From positions 1-60,454 of the forward strand of contig WHTO01000001.1 of NCBI GenBank assembly GCA_009377665.1: a stretch of 60,454 bases of DNA. The letters are read 5' to 3'. Positions 41,135 through 55,564 of the stretch are shown piece by piece (the stretch's first letter is position 1; each line of letters begins with the position of its first letter). The notes under the pieces were generated by a model, which was not told the DNA's origin, searched no databases, and saw only the letters and a program-made list of their open reading frames with translations. Source of the DNA: Dehalococcoidia bacterium. GTDB taxonomy: Bacteria > Chloroflexota > Dehalococcoidia > WHTO01. The position numbers were made by a program, and so were the translations under genes.

Positions 41135-41715
41135 CGGACAGCGAACCAGCACAGGCAAGCCTGGTCAGGGGCGCGGTCGTCTTCACCGACATCGTCGGCT
41201 TCACGGAGTACACCGCCTTTCGCGGCGATGAAGCGGCGCTTGCCCTGCTCGCGCTCCAGGAACGCGTCGTCCACGAGACGCTCCCCGCCGACGCGCGCGT
41301 CGTCAAAGAGCTCGGTGATGGCCTGTTGCTCTGGTTCGCCGACGCCTGCGCTGCGCTGCGCTGCTGCCTCCTCCTGCGCTACCGCTTCGAAGAGGAATCC
41401 GACGCCATGATGATGCCGCTCTGGGTGCGGATCGGCATGCACTTTGGCCAGCAGGTGGCCCGCGGTGACGACCTCATCGGCCACTGTGTAAACGTCGCGG
41501 CGCGGATAGTGAGCATCGCGGGGCCGGGCGAGGTCGTACTCTCCGCCGATACACGGGCCGAGGTGGCTTCCGGCCTGCCCGAAGTCTCGTTCGAGGAGCT
41601 GGGACCCGTCGTGATGAAGGGCATTCCCGATCCGGTGCGCCTTTTCCGAGCGCTCGGGCCGGACACACCAGTCACCCTCGTGACATCACTGCACAACCCC
41701 GCCGCCGCGAACTAG
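41131..41715 (+). CDS. stand-alone class III adenylate/guanylate cyclase catalytic domain protein
   Basis: It contains VVFTDIVGFTEYT...VKELGDGLLLWF...RIGMHFG...DLIGHCVNVAARI. The ATG overlaps the DUF4097 stop (ATGA). Confidence 0.8.
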   Translation: MTDSEPAQASLVRGAVVFTDIVGFTEYTAFRGDEAALALLALQERVVHETLPADARVVKELGDGLLLWFADACAALRCCLLLRYRFEEESDAMMMPLWVRIGMHFGQQVARGDDLIGHCVNVAARIVSIAGPGEVVLSADTRAEVASGLPEVSFEELGPVVMKGIPDPVRLFRALGPDTPVTLVTSLHNPAAAN

Positions 41716-41805
41716 AAGTGTTTACGCGTTTGCAAGTAATGCGCCGCCTGGAATGGCTCTGGCCTGCACGAGAGGGCGATAGCCTCTCCGCAGAAGGAGA
41801 GAGCC

Positions 41806-41904
41806 ATGTCATTGCTAACGCTTTTGCTGATCATCCTGGTAGTCGTCCTGCTGGTATCAGTGCTCGGAGCCGGGCGGTACGGCGGCCGGCACGGCCGCTT
41901 CTAA
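41806..41904 (+). CDS. 32-aa hydrophobic microprotein (one predicted TM helix)
   Basis: The ATG is preceded by GAAGGAGAGAG. The sequence is MSLLTLLLIILVVVLLVSVLGAGRYGGRHGRF. It is below the ORF-track length cut-off. Confidence 0.45.
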   Translation: MSLLTLLLIILVVVLLVSVLGAGRYGGRHGRF

Positions 41905-41960
41905 TCCCTGAGGGACGCCCAAGGGGTTATATAACCCGGCCGCTCGGCTCGACCCCGGAC

Positions 41961-42617
41961 CTAGCGGCGAGGAGCGGTCGTGTGAGGGTACTCGGGCTCG
42001 TCGGCCCGCGCAGCCATACGGGCCGCCCGTTGTTCCTCGCGCCGACGCTGACGCTCTGCGTCCTGCTCGACCTCCTGCGCTTCGCGCCGCGCGCGCTCCT
42101 CGTCCGTTGCTGGATCGCGCGCCTTCTTGCGCGCGCCCAGGATGCTCCCAAGCAGGGGAGGCACGAGGTCACCCAGGTCGAACTCGTGGGTGATGTCGGT
42201 GAGGTCGAGCTGCCAGTTGAGCCCGGCGATGTAGCGCCACGTGCGAATCTTGGCGCCCTTGACGCCGGCGTCCTTTAGAAGCTTCTTGGTCGTCTCGGCC
42301 ATCCCGGCCGGGACGTAGAGATAGAACGGCGCCCCGAGAGTTGCGAATGTCCTCCAGCGCAACGCTGCGCTCGTCTCGTTCGTGGTGTGGTCGGTCTCAA
42401 CGGCCGCAACCATCTGCAGCACGCCCTTCGTGTCAGTAACCACGACGTCGGGGCCGACTTCCTCACCACCCGGCCCACGTACCGAAAGCTGAAGGGCCGG
42501 CAGGTTGATCGTGGTCTGAAAGTCAGGGTTCTCGTCATTGGGGAAGTTGAACCTTGCAGCGGCGATGTCCCTGGCCGCGCGGTACTGGATCGTGGCAGTC
42601 GTCTCGTCGAGTGGCAT
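41961..42617 (-). CDS. hypothetical protein: globular ~150-aa domain plus a highly charged Arg/Glu tail
   Basis: 218-aa ORF. The globular part contains GPDVVVTD...MVAAVETD...FYLYVP, loosely reminiscent of a restriction-endonuclease-like core. No confident family assignment is possible. Confidence 0.5.
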   Translation of the reverse strand: MPLDETTATIQYRAARDIAAARFNFPNDENPDFQTTINLPALQLSVRGPGGEEVGPDVVVTDTKGVLQMVAAVETDHTTNETSAALRWRTFATLGAPFYLYVPAGMAETTKKLLKDAGVKGAKIRTWRYIAGLNWQLDLTDITHEFDLGDLVPPLLGSILGARKKARDPATDEERARREAQEVEQDAERQRRREEQRAARMAARADEPEYPHTTAPRR

Positions 42618-42778
42618 ACCTTCTCCTCAAGTCCAATGTTAGGCGTGGAGGGATGGAAGCGGCATAGCCGCGGCCGCCCGACAGGCGCCTGGTTTGCGGT
42701 GCGTGATCCCGGGTTGCTGGAGAGTTCACCAGGACATACATTTACAAGTCAGGCGGACACTTCAGGAAGGCGGCAGCC

Positions 42779-43594
42779 TTGTTCAAGCCATGGCTTCTCA
42801 TTCTGTGCGCGGCAGTCGCCATCGGGTGTGGCGGGGCCGACCCAACCGAATCCGAACAATACCGCGAGCTGGTCGACGAGCATGAGCATTCGAGTGCGGA
42901 GCTTGAGGACGCAGAAACCGCAGTTGAAGACTTGCTTGAGGCAGAAGAGCGCCTGGAAGCAGATGTGGAGCAACTCGAGGAAGGCAGGGAGGGCCTCGAA
43001 CAAGAGCTCGACGACCTTCGCGCAGAGGTTTCCGATGCGGAGAGCAGGGCCGAGGAAGCAAACGAACTCGCCGAACTCCTGCTGCTGAGGTTCGACCCCG
43101 AAGTCCAGGGCGCGCTCTCGCAACTGCAGCAGACCATTACTGATCTTGGCTGCCAGGAGATAGGCGAGTCAGTTCGGCTGGTCGCCGGACCTCCATCGGA
43201 ACTCCCTGACGTAGATGCCATGCTGGCGGAACTGGTCATCGAGATACCTGGCGTATCCAGCGAACGAGTCGAAGAGGCCATCGATAGAGTCGCGTTGGAC
43301 GACGCGATTTCCGCCTGCGGCGCCGCCGCTCTCCAGGAGGTCGAGCAACTGCTGCTGTTCGCAGACCAGGGCGATGGCTTCTTTCTCGTCGGCGTGGACA
43401 TCGCCGCCGGTCAATGGCGAGCGCGGGGCGATGGCGATGGCTGCTACTGGGCACGCCTCTCGGGGACCTCAGGTGAGCTGGGAGACATCATCGCCAACCA
43501 CTTCGGAGCCGCTGGTGTGGTTGTCACGATTCGCGCATCAGACGTGGCGTTCTCATCAAGCGGTTGCGGGGGCTGGACATATCTCGGTCCGTGA
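42779..43594 (+). CDS. lipoprotein with a central acidic coiled coil
   Basis: TTG start with a lipobox signal (MFKPWLLILCAAVAIGCGG). It has an Glu/Leu-rich coiled coil and a Cys-containing C-terminal domain. Confidence 0.6.
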   Translation: MFKPWLLILCAAVAIGCGGADPTESEQYRELVDEHEHSSAELEDAETAVEDLLEAEERLEADVEQLEEGREGLEQELDDLRAEVSDAESRAEEANELAELLLLRFDPEVQGALSQLQQTITDLGCQEIGESVRLVAGPPSELPDVDAMLAELVIEIPGVSSERVEEAIDRVALDDAISACGAAALQEVEQLLLFADQGDGFFLVGVDIAAGQWRARGDGDGCYWARLSGTSGELGDIIANHFGAAGVVVTIRASDVAFSSSGCGGWTYLGP

Positions 43595-43644
43595 CCCAGC
43601 AGCGAATCTCGACGACACCGATTCACCTAAAATCAGGTGGCCGC

Positions 43645-43732
43645 GGAGGGGTGGCAGAGCGGATTAATGCAACGGTCTTGAAAACCGTCCTCGGGCAACC
43701 GAGCGGGGGTTCGAATCCCTCCCCCTCCGCCA
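43645..43732 (+). tRNA. tRNA-Ser (anticodon UGA)
   Basis: 88 nt. The acceptor is GGAGGGG/CCCCUCC. The anticodon arm is ACGGU-CUUGAAA-ACCGU. A long variable arm (CUCGG-gcaa-CCGAG) and a TPsiC loop UUCGAAU are present, and CCA is encoded. Confidence 0.93.
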
Positions 43733-43808
43733 CGAATGGCCCGGGCCATCAGTCGCCGGAACTTACGAGCGACGCACGGGCTCCGCAACGGTGCATCATG
43801 AAAGAGAC

Positions 43809-44225
43809 ATGAAACCTGCCATCAAGGTCATCACACTTGGCGTCGGCGACCTGGAGCGATCACTCGCCTTCTACCGCGACGGCCTTGGTCTGCCAACCGA
43901 GGGGATCGTCGGTACCGAGTTCGAGGGCGGAGCCGTCGCCTTCTTCGAGCTCAGCGACGGACTGATCCTCGCGCTCTGGCCACGCCGCGAACTCGCCAAA
44001 GAGGCAAGGCTCGAGGCGGGGCCGGCGGGACGCGCCCAGTTCAGCATCGGGCACAACGTCGGCAGCAAGGAGGAGGTGGACGAGGTGCTGGGGCAGGCGC
44101 GGGCAGCCGGCGCGATGATCCCCGCTGAGCCGCAGGATCGCGCCTGGGGCGGATACTCGGGTTACTTCGAGGACCCGGACGGCCACCTCTGGGAGGTCGC
44201 TTGGAACCCCCAACTCCTTCCCTGA
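43809..44225 (+). CDS. VOC/glyoxalase-fold protein
   Basis: MKPAIKVITLGVGDLERSLAFYRDGLGL...FEDPDGHLWEVAWNP. Confidence 0.8.
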   Translation: MKPAIKVITLGVGDLERSLAFYRDGLGLPTEGIVGTEFEGGAVAFFELSDGLILALWPRRELAKEARLEAGPAGRAQFSIGHNVGSKEEVDEVLGQARAAGAMIPAEPQDRAWGGYSGYFEDPDGHLWEVAWNPQLLP

Positions 44226-44267
44226 GAATCACGAAGAAGTAAGGGGAGCGCCCTGGCTGGAGGATCC

Positions 44268-44639
44268 ATGACACGACCATCCATCGAGTTTCCGGCCGAT
44301 AACATCGAACGAGCGCGCCTGTTTTACGAGCAGGTCTTCGGCTGGCGGATGCAGCACCTCCCCGAGATCGACTACACGCTGATCCTCGACCCCGAGACCG
44401 AATCCACGGGTGGTGGCGACTTCATCGGGGGCATCACAGCCAGGAACGCGGACGTGAACCGCACGGTCGTCCCGATCATCACGGTGACATCCATCGCCGC
44501 CCACATCGAAAAGGCGGAGGCCGCAGGGGGCAAGATACTGACGCGGCGAACGGAAGTCGGTGAGTACGGCTTCTCGTCCTACCTGGAGGACAGCGAAGGC
44601 AACGTCATCTGCCTATGGGAGGACGCTACTCCGGCGTAG
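44268..44639 (+). CDS. VOC/glyoxalase-fold protein
   Basis: IEFPADNIERARLFYEQVFGW...SYLEDSEGNVICLWE. Confidence 0.75.
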   Translation: MTRPSIEFPADNIERARLFYEQVFGWRMQHLPEIDYTLILDPETESTGGGDFIGGITARNADVNRTVVPIITVTSIAAHIEKAEAAGGKILTRRTEVGEYGFSSYLEDSEGNVICLWEDATPA

Positions 44640-44689
44640 CCCGGACCTCGCGCCATACGGCGGGGCGCCGATTCGACGATGGCGGGCGA

Positions 44690-45484
44690 TTAGCGGACCT
44701 CGATCGTGCCCGTCATCGCTTCGTGGCCGGGTACCTCGCACGTGATCTCGTAGCTGCCGGCAGCCGGAGCCTCGAACTCTATCAGCGCCTCGCTGCCGCC
44801 GTTCACGTCCTCGTCGACGTCCAGTTCATCGATGGTGAAGGTATGGACCGTGGGATCATCGTTCTCGAGAACGATCCGGATCTCGCCCGTCCCCACCTCG
44901 AGCACTTCGGGCTCGAATTCCAACTGCTTCATCCGCACGACCGTCGCGCCTTCTCTCTCTTCGGCGGAAACGGACTCGCGCCCGGCGATGGTGAGGATCG
45001 CGGAGAGCACGCAGATCGCGCCCAGCGCGGCGGCGACGCCCGTGAAGGCGCGCCAGTGCGTCGGCGTGGTCGCGTTGGCGGCTCTGCCGCCGCTCTCGGT
45101 CACGAAGGCGACGACCACACCGAGAAGAGTCGTCAATCCTCCCAGGACCCCAAGCACCGTGGGACCAAAGTCAAAGACGCTGTCGAAGTGCCCGAACGCG
45201 AAGCCGACGGAAGGTAACGTGAAGAAAAGCACGAGGAGCGCCGGGATGATCGCCGGCAGCAGCGAGCGGCGGCGGCGACCGCCCTTGAGCGCCACATAGG
45301 CGAGGGCCGACACCACCAGGACGACCACGGGAATGACCAGGAGTCCGTACTCGCCCCCGATGAGGAAGGCCAGGCCAACGAGAACCGCGGCCGCCGACAC
45401 GAGGCCAAGGCCGAAGATTATCAGCGCACGATACATGGACACTGGGGGGGTAGATGCCTCTTGCACTGGTTCCTCCTGGCGCAC
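44690..45484 (-). CDS. membrane-anchored cupredoxin (plastocyanin/amicyanin-like) copper protein
   Basis: Several N-terminal TM helices. The C-terminal domain has type-1 Cu ligand spacing: TVHTF ... ITCEVPGHEAM. Confidence 0.7.
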   Translation of the reverse strand: MRQEEPVQEASTPPVSMYRALIIFGLGLVSAAAVLVGLAFLIGGEYGLLVIPVVVLVVSALAYVALKGGRRRRSLLPAIIPALLVLFFTLPSVGFAFGHFDSVFDFGPTVLGVLGGLTTLLGVVVAFVTESGGRAANATTPTHWRAFTGVAAALGAICVLSAILTIAGRESVSAEEREGATVVRMKQLEFEPEVLEVGTGEIRIVLENDDPTVHTFTIDELDVDEDVNGGSEALIEFEAPAAGSYEITCEVPGHEAMTGTIEVR

Positions 45485-45498
45485 TGCCGACCGTTACT

Positions 45499-46440
45499 CT
45501 ACATCGTGCTGGAGATATTACTCCTCCGCTTGATAGCCGTCATCTGGAGCTTGTTTCCCCAGCGTCCAGCAAGAGCATTGGCGATCCTGTCGAATCCCCA
45601 GTAGACGTCAAGGGCACCCGGGCGCGAGAGCAGGCCCATCAGGCTACCCGGTTCGTGTTTGTAATACATGAGGCGGCGCCTCCACGACGGGTCGAATCCC
45701 AGGCTTGAGAGCTCGAATGCGAGCCCCTCGGGTTCCAGGCGGGCGACTACATTGCCGGCAGGTTCTCGGTGAGCGGCCAGGCCGAGGGCGGCCGCCAACC
45801 GCGTACCCGCCGCCCGCGCCGGCTCGTTGATGCTGACGGCCAGGCGGGCGACTCTCGCTAGCTCCGCGACGCCGGCCAGCGGTTGCTCGAGGTGGTGCAG
45901 CCCGTCGTGGACGTAGGCGATATCGACGGCCCCGGCTGCCAGCGGTATCCGCTCCACGTCCGCCACGAAAAGGGCGGCTGAAAAGCCGAAGCGCTCCTGC
46001 CGCGTCCGCGCACGCCGCACCGCCCCCTCCGAGATGTCGAAGGCGAGCACGCGCGCCCCCCGCCGGGCGAGAAACTCGGCCTCCATCCCTGACCCGCAAC
46101 AGGCCACCAGCACGGTCTTGCCGGCGAGCGGCGGCAGCCGGTCAACGCTCTGGCGCAGCTTCTCCTCCATCAGCCAGCGGTAGAGGGCCGGGGTGTCATG
46201 GGGACGGTTGATTTCGAACTCGATGCCGGCAGCGCGGTCAAAATAGGACGCCTGGCCTAGCTTGTGGTGGTCGAGCTCGTCGTGCGTATCGTGCGCTGGC
46301 CCAGCCAGCAGGATTGGGATGCCGTCGTTGACGGCGTACTCCGTCCGGCACTCAGGGCAGGCCAGGGCGTCTCCGGCCAGCGCCAGGTGACGATCTGGAT
46401 GCAGCGGGCAGCCCAGCGCGGGCAGGCCGCGGTCCATCAT
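45499..46440 (-). CDS. class I SAM-dependent methyltransferase with N-terminal Trm112-like zinc ribbon
   Basis: It contains CPLHP...CPECRTEYAVNDGIPILL, followed by VLVACCGSGMEAEFLARRGARVLAFDIS. Confidence 0.75.
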   Translation of the reverse strand: MMDRGLPALGCPLHPDRHLALAGDALACPECRTEYAVNDGIPILLAGPAHDTHDELDHHKLGQASYFDRAAGIEFEINRPHDTPALYRWLMEEKLRQSVDRLPPLAGKTVLVACCGSGMEAEFLARRGARVLAFDISEGAVRRARTRQERFGFSAALFVADVERIPLAAGAVDIAYVHDGLHHLEQPLAGVAELARVARLAVSINEPARAAGTRLAAALGLAAHREPAGNVVARLEPEGLAFELSSLGFDPSWRRRLMYYKHEPGSLMGLLSRPGALDVYWGFDRIANALAGRWGNKLQMTAIKRRSNISSTM

Positions 46441-47720
46441 GTCCTGGCCTCGGCGGCAGTCTTGAGGCGCATCCCCCGTCTCGCCAAGGCGCTCTCATAT
46501 GCGTGCAGGTGAGTGTCGACGCAGCGCTCGACGGAGAAGTTATCGAGGACCCGCCGGCGTCCGGCTGACGCCATCGAAGCGCGAAGCTCCGGCGCCGCCA
46601 GCAGACCTTCGATAGCCTCTGCGAGCGCGACTACGTCGCAGGGCGGGACGAGCAGACCCGTTTCGCCATCGTTGACGATCTCGCTGACAGCGCCGACGTC
46701 GGCCGCGACGACGGGAGTGCCGCAAGCCATGGACTCCTGGGCGGTCGTCGTGGTCCCCTCGCTACGCGGCACCGAGGCGATGACCGACACGTCCATGGCG
46801 GCGAAGAGATGCTCTACGTCGTCGCGGAAACCGGTGAAGACGATCCGGTCTTCGAGCCCCAACCGTCGCACCAGGCGATCCAGGCCTTCGGCGTACGCCC
46901 TGTGGGTCGCATAGCGCTCCCCGGCCACGACGAACCAGACATCATCCCGGCGCGCCCCCAGAAGCCCGGCGGCCTGGATGAAATACTCGTGGCCTTTCTG
47001 TGGGTTGAGGTTGGCGACCGTACCGACCACATTGGCTTTCGCGGGCACGCCCAGCTCGCGCCTTGCTTCCAGGCGCCGCTTCGCGTCGGGCCGGAAGATC
47101 CTTGTGTCGACGGGGGGATAGTAAATCACGGTCCTGTCGGCCACGGCCCGGGCATAAGGATGATGGGAAAGCAGCCGCTTTCCGTTGAACATCACGGTGT
47201 CGGCCAGCCTCGCCACAAGCGGCATCATCATCCGACGCAGAAGCATCGGGGTGCGCGTGTCGACCACCTGCCAGACAACCGCCCTGCCCTCTGTGCGGGC
47301 GGCGATCGCGGCGTGTGGATTGACCAGCCCGTTCACCTGCACCACGTCGAAGTCGCCTTCCCGAATAAGTCGCTTGAGACGGGCGACGTCTCCAGCGCTC
47401 TTCCAGAGGAAGGGCGGGAACGTCGCCGGGTTGCGACTGGCCCGCAGGCGGGAAAGGGGCAGCAGGCGCACGTCGATTCCGGCCGCGGCGAGCCTCGCCG
47501 CGGCATCATTCGCGCCCGTCGGCAGCACCACGGTCGTGCTCACGCCCGCGTCCCCCAGCAGGGGCGCCAGCCGCATATTTCGGTTGTGCGGCCCTCCCCA
47601 CACCGGGTAGTGGATGACGCTGAGGACTTTCAACCCGGGAAACTCAGCGATGAAGGTGGCGAGGCCGGACGACCCGGACCTGCGGAGAACGCGCTTTCCG
47701 GTCGGCGCCGACTCGGGCAT
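46437..47720 (-). CDS. glycosyltransferase family 4 (GT-B)
   Basis: The C-terminal EGTTTTAQESMACGTPVVAADVGAVSEIV...GETGLLV is the typical GT4 E(x7)E region. Confidence 0.85.
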   Translation of the reverse strand: MPESAPTGKRVLRRSGSSGLATFIAEFPGLKVLSVIHYPVWGGPHNRNMRLAPLLGDAGVSTTVVLPTGANDAAARLAAAGIDVRLLPLSRLRASRNPATFPPFLWKSAGDVARLKRLIREGDFDVVQVNGLVNPHAAIAARTEGRAVVWQVVDTRTPMLLRRMMMPLVARLADTVMFNGKRLLSHHPYARAVADRTVIYYPPVDTRIFRPDAKRRLEARRELGVPAKANVVGTVANLNPQKGHEYFIQAAGLLGARRDDVWFVVAGERYATHRAYAEGLDRLVRRLGLEDRIVFTGFRDDVEHLFAAMDVSVIASVPRSEGTTTTAQESMACGTPVVAADVGAVSEIVNDGETGLLVPPCDVVALAEAIEGLLAAPELRASMASAGRRRVLDNFSVERCVDTHLHAYESALARRGMRLKTAAEART

Positions 47721-47745
47721 CCACGGACAGGATGGCAGAGCATCG

Positions 47746-50495
47746 CTACGCCCGGGCGCCCTGCGCGCCGGGGAGGGCAGCGCTGTCCCGTCCGCGAGGA
47801 GTCTCGCGAGCCAGGAAGATCGTGATCAGCAGGGGCAGGGCCACGAAGGACATGCGGATGAAGGTGTCGGTCGGGCTGTCGCGCAGTGCTATCACCATCA
47901 CGGGCACGAGTGACGCGTAGAGAGCCTGGACGACCGCACTCGCCGACTGCCTGCGGTAGAGCTCGAACACAGCGCGAAAGAGGACGCCCATGACGAGAGT
48001 CCCGACGAGGACGCCAGCAACGCCAAGGTCGAGGTAGAACCACGCCAGCACGGAGAACTCCGGATTGGCAAGCCCGAGCTGGTAGTGCGTCGGCCAGAGG
48101 CTGCTGATCAGCTGTTCCCGCGGCGGCAGGGGCTTGTCATCCCACAACACACGGGGAATTGGCCTCGTCAGGGCGTCGCCCATGGTCGCCCCACCGTAGC
48201 GGTAGCCCTGCTCCTCGGGCACGACCTGGACCGCCACCGCGAGCGCGTCGGCCATCTGCGTATCGGCGCCGAGCAGGAAGCTCTCGATGCCGTCTCCCGG
48301 CTGCGTTACCGAGGCGGCGAAGACGGAGGCCAGGCCCTGGTCCTCGCGCACGGCCTGGGTCCGGGCGTCACGCAGGAACGTGAGGGCGACGAAGACCACG
48401 ACGAGAAAGGCCAGCACAGCCATGGCTCCCGGGCGTTTGCCCGTCCTCAGATAGGCATAAGTGATGAGCGAGCCGGCCAGCAGGAGCAGCAGCATGCGGC
48501 CGCCGGTGGGCCCGGCGCGCATCAAGACGAGCGCACCGAGGCAGGCGGCCAGCAGGATCGGCCCCAGCTTCTTCCTATCCGCGCCTGTGGCCAGCAGCAG
48601 CAGAGTCGCCGGCACGAGCAGGAAGGTCCCCTGGTAGAAGTACCCGGTGGACGCCCGGAAGAGCTCGGACTGCGAGGGGTCGCGTCCCGACCATAGCGAG
48701 CGCACTACCTCGACGCCGCCAGCCTGCCAGACGAACAGCCCAAAAAGGGCGATGCCGGCCAGCGCGAAGACGAGGGCGGCGGCGATTGCCGTATCTGCGT
48801 GCCAGCCGAGATTGGGCAGTCGCAAGGACGCGGCCAGGCGCCGGCCGGGGCCACACAGGTATCCGGCCTGGAAACCTACAAGCCCGATCAGGGCGACCAC
48901 AAGCATCTGCGTGTATCCCGGCTCGAGCAGGTAGGTCGGCCCGCCCGGCCTCGCCAAAGCCGTGGAGTCCGTGACCAGTACGGCGATTGGTCGCGCCACG
49001 AACATCAGGCCGTAGGCCACGGTGAAGATCGTCAGCGGCTCGAAGATGTCAAACGTCCGTGTGGCGAACCGCTGGGCCATCGGCACGAGGAGAAGGACGC
49101 CAATGGCCGCGATCAACGCGTGGTCGAGCTCGGGGCTAACCAGGACGGTAACGACGCCAACCGCCACAGCAAGGCCGGACGCCACAGCAAAACGGCTCGC
49201 CGCCCACGCCAGGTCGAGGCTTCCGGCCAGGAGCGTCATGACGCGCCGCTCGACCGACTCAACCGCCTGGTCGGGGAGCGCAAGCATGGCGAAAAGGACC
49301 CCCAAACTGAGGCCCGAGGATCCAATCAGCGCCAGCGCGACGGGCTCGAGGCCGCCGGCGGTTGAGGCAGCCGCCAGCGCCGGCAAGAGGAAGATCCACG
49401 AGCTGATCTCGGCGATTGACGCCAGCTGCGGGCGGCCGGCGCCGCGCGCCCCGTCCCCCAGTATTCGCCGCGCTGACTGGAAGAGCGCCGCCACCAGGAG
49501 GAGACGGGCAATGCCTACCGCGTCCTCGAACTCGCTTCCGAAGAACAGGGGCAACAAGCTGCCGACCACTAATTCGAGTACCACGACGACGGCGGCGCAG
49601 GCGGTGGTCGTAACGGCGAAGAAGCGCCAAAGCGAGCCCAGCGCGGCGCCCGGGGTCGGCCTCGATGCGATGTGCGGATAGGCCACCTGGCCGATGCCCT
49701 GGGCAACGAAACGCGGCAGGTTTGTCCAGGCCGAGGCCACAACGTAAAGTCCGAGGGAGGCCGGCGAGAGGAACAACCCCACAGCGGCCTGGTCAAGGCG
49801 GAAGGCTTCCAGTGGAGAGGCCCAGCCAAGGAAGCCCTTCACCCCGAAACTGATCAGCTGCCGGCGGTCAACCGAAGCCGCGGACAGCTCGCGGACCGGC
49901 CCAAGGCCAACCAACGCCAGCCGGACACCGATCAGCGCGGCGGCCACGTTGGCCGCCACCCAGAACGCGATGATGGCCCCGAGGTCGGCCGGCGACAGCG
50001 CAAAAGCAATCGCCATCGCCACGGCGTAGGTCGCCACCGGGAGCAGCCGCGCGATGTTGAATGTCCGCAAGCGCCCCTGTCCCTGGATGATCGAAAGCGC
50101 ATACTGGGCGGCAAGGAGAGCAGGCACCAGCGGCAGGGTCAGCAAGGCCGGGCCGTCGCCCGGCCACAGGACCATCACAATCGCCGCGTGGAGGACCGTC
50201 AGGATCAATGCCTGGATCAGGGCAGGCGCGATCAGCAGGCGGGCAACAAGTGGAGCCGCCGACCGTTCGCGGGCGATGAAGTAGGTCGCCGCAGCAGGCA
50301 GGCCAAGCCCTCCGATCTGCGCGAGGACGGCGGGGAACAGCGCGAGCAGCGCCAGCTGTCCCCGGTCTTCGATGCCCAGGAGGCGCGCGGCGAGGGCTCC
50401 GCTGACGACAAGAAACCCCTGGCCCGCGAATCCGGACGCGATCGAGCCGGCCGTCGAAAGGCGCACCGAGTCCGGAGGACGTCCGGTAGAAGCTG

Positions 50496-50499
<4 letters not shown>
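47746..50499 (-). CDS. fusion protein: Wzx-like MOP-family flippase (N-terminal ~410 aa) + Wzy-like repeat-unit polymerase (C-terminal ~500 aa)
   Basis: A single uninterrupted 917-aa ORF that is TM-rich throughout. The first half resembles polysaccharide biosynthesis/flippase proteins. The second half (from about FEPLTIFTVAYGLMFVARP) resembles oligosaccharide repeat-unit polymerases, with a large loop (DARTQAVREDQG...PRVLWDDKP). Confidence 0.6.
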
Positions 50500-54811
<4,312 letters not shown>

Positions 54812-55513
54812 CTAGCTCGCGCCTCGCGTCGAGATAATCGCCAGCGGTGTGCGAGCCAGGATCGCCAGGTCACGCCCGAGCGTCGGGTGCCGGCAGTAAT
54901 CGAGCTCAAGCTCCATGCGGCGGTTGTAAGGGACGAGGCTCCTGCCAGCGACCTGCCACGCGCCGGTTACGCCCGGCCGCACGCTCAACAGAAGCTCGCG
55001 CTCGCTCTCGTAGAGGTCGGTCTCCCGTCCCGTCACCGGACGCGGACCGACGAGGCTCATGTCACCCTTGATCACGTTCCAGAACTGGGGCAGCTCGTCG
55101 AGGCTGGTCTTGCGGAGGAAGCGGCCCAGGCGCGTAACACGAGGATCCTCGGTGATCTTGTACCGCTGCTCGTATTCGCTGCGCAGGTGGTGGCCGTCCC
55201 GTCTCCAGTCTTCGAGCAGCTGATCGGCGTCGTGCACCATCGTTCTTAGCTTCCACATACCGAAGACACGGCCATCCTTCCCGATGCGACGCGCCCGGTA
55301 GAAGGCGGGCCAGCCTGTGCCCAGGACGACCGCCAGTCCCAGGACGAGGACGAGCGGGGCCGTGAGCAGCAGCAGGGCGCCACCTATCACCAGGTCGGCG
55401 AGCCTCTTGCCGGCCATGTTATAGATATCGGACGGCGGCCGCGGCTGCGCGACTGTCTCGGCCGGTGACAAGGCCTGGCCGAGCGTTGAGCGCACTGAGG
55501 GCTTTCTGGGCAT
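54812..55513 (-). CDS. polyprenyl-phosphate sugar phosphotransferase (bacterial sugar transferase family, priming enzyme)
   Basis: It contains [39 protein letters not shown] and DYCRH. ATG at 55417 is an alternative start. Confidence 0.88.
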   Translation of the reverse strand: MPRKPSVRSTLGQALSPAETVAQPRPPSDIYNMAGKRLADLVIGGALLLLTAPLVLVLGLAVVLGTGWPAFYRARRIGKDGRVFGMWKLRTMVHDADQLLEDWRRDGHHLRSEYEQRYKITEDPRVTRLGRFLRKTSLDELPQFWNVIKGDMSLVGPRPVTGRETDLYESERELLLSVRPGVTGAWQVAGRSLVPYNRRMELELDYCRHPTLGRDLAILARTPLAIISTRGAS

Positions 55514-55564
55514 CGGCCCGTCCTGTCACCGAGAGCCGCCGGTCCAGTTCAAGGCCCAGTCGGC

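Noticed and set aside
41131-41904. Reading the minimal cyclase plus small TM protein as a Pycsar- or CBASS-like antiphage signalling pair.
   Set aside because: The 32-aa ORF has no cyclic-nucleotide-binding domain. No TIR, TM-effector, patatin or nuclease effector is adjacent. The cyclase shows ordinary class III motifs. There is nothing in the sequence to support a defence role.
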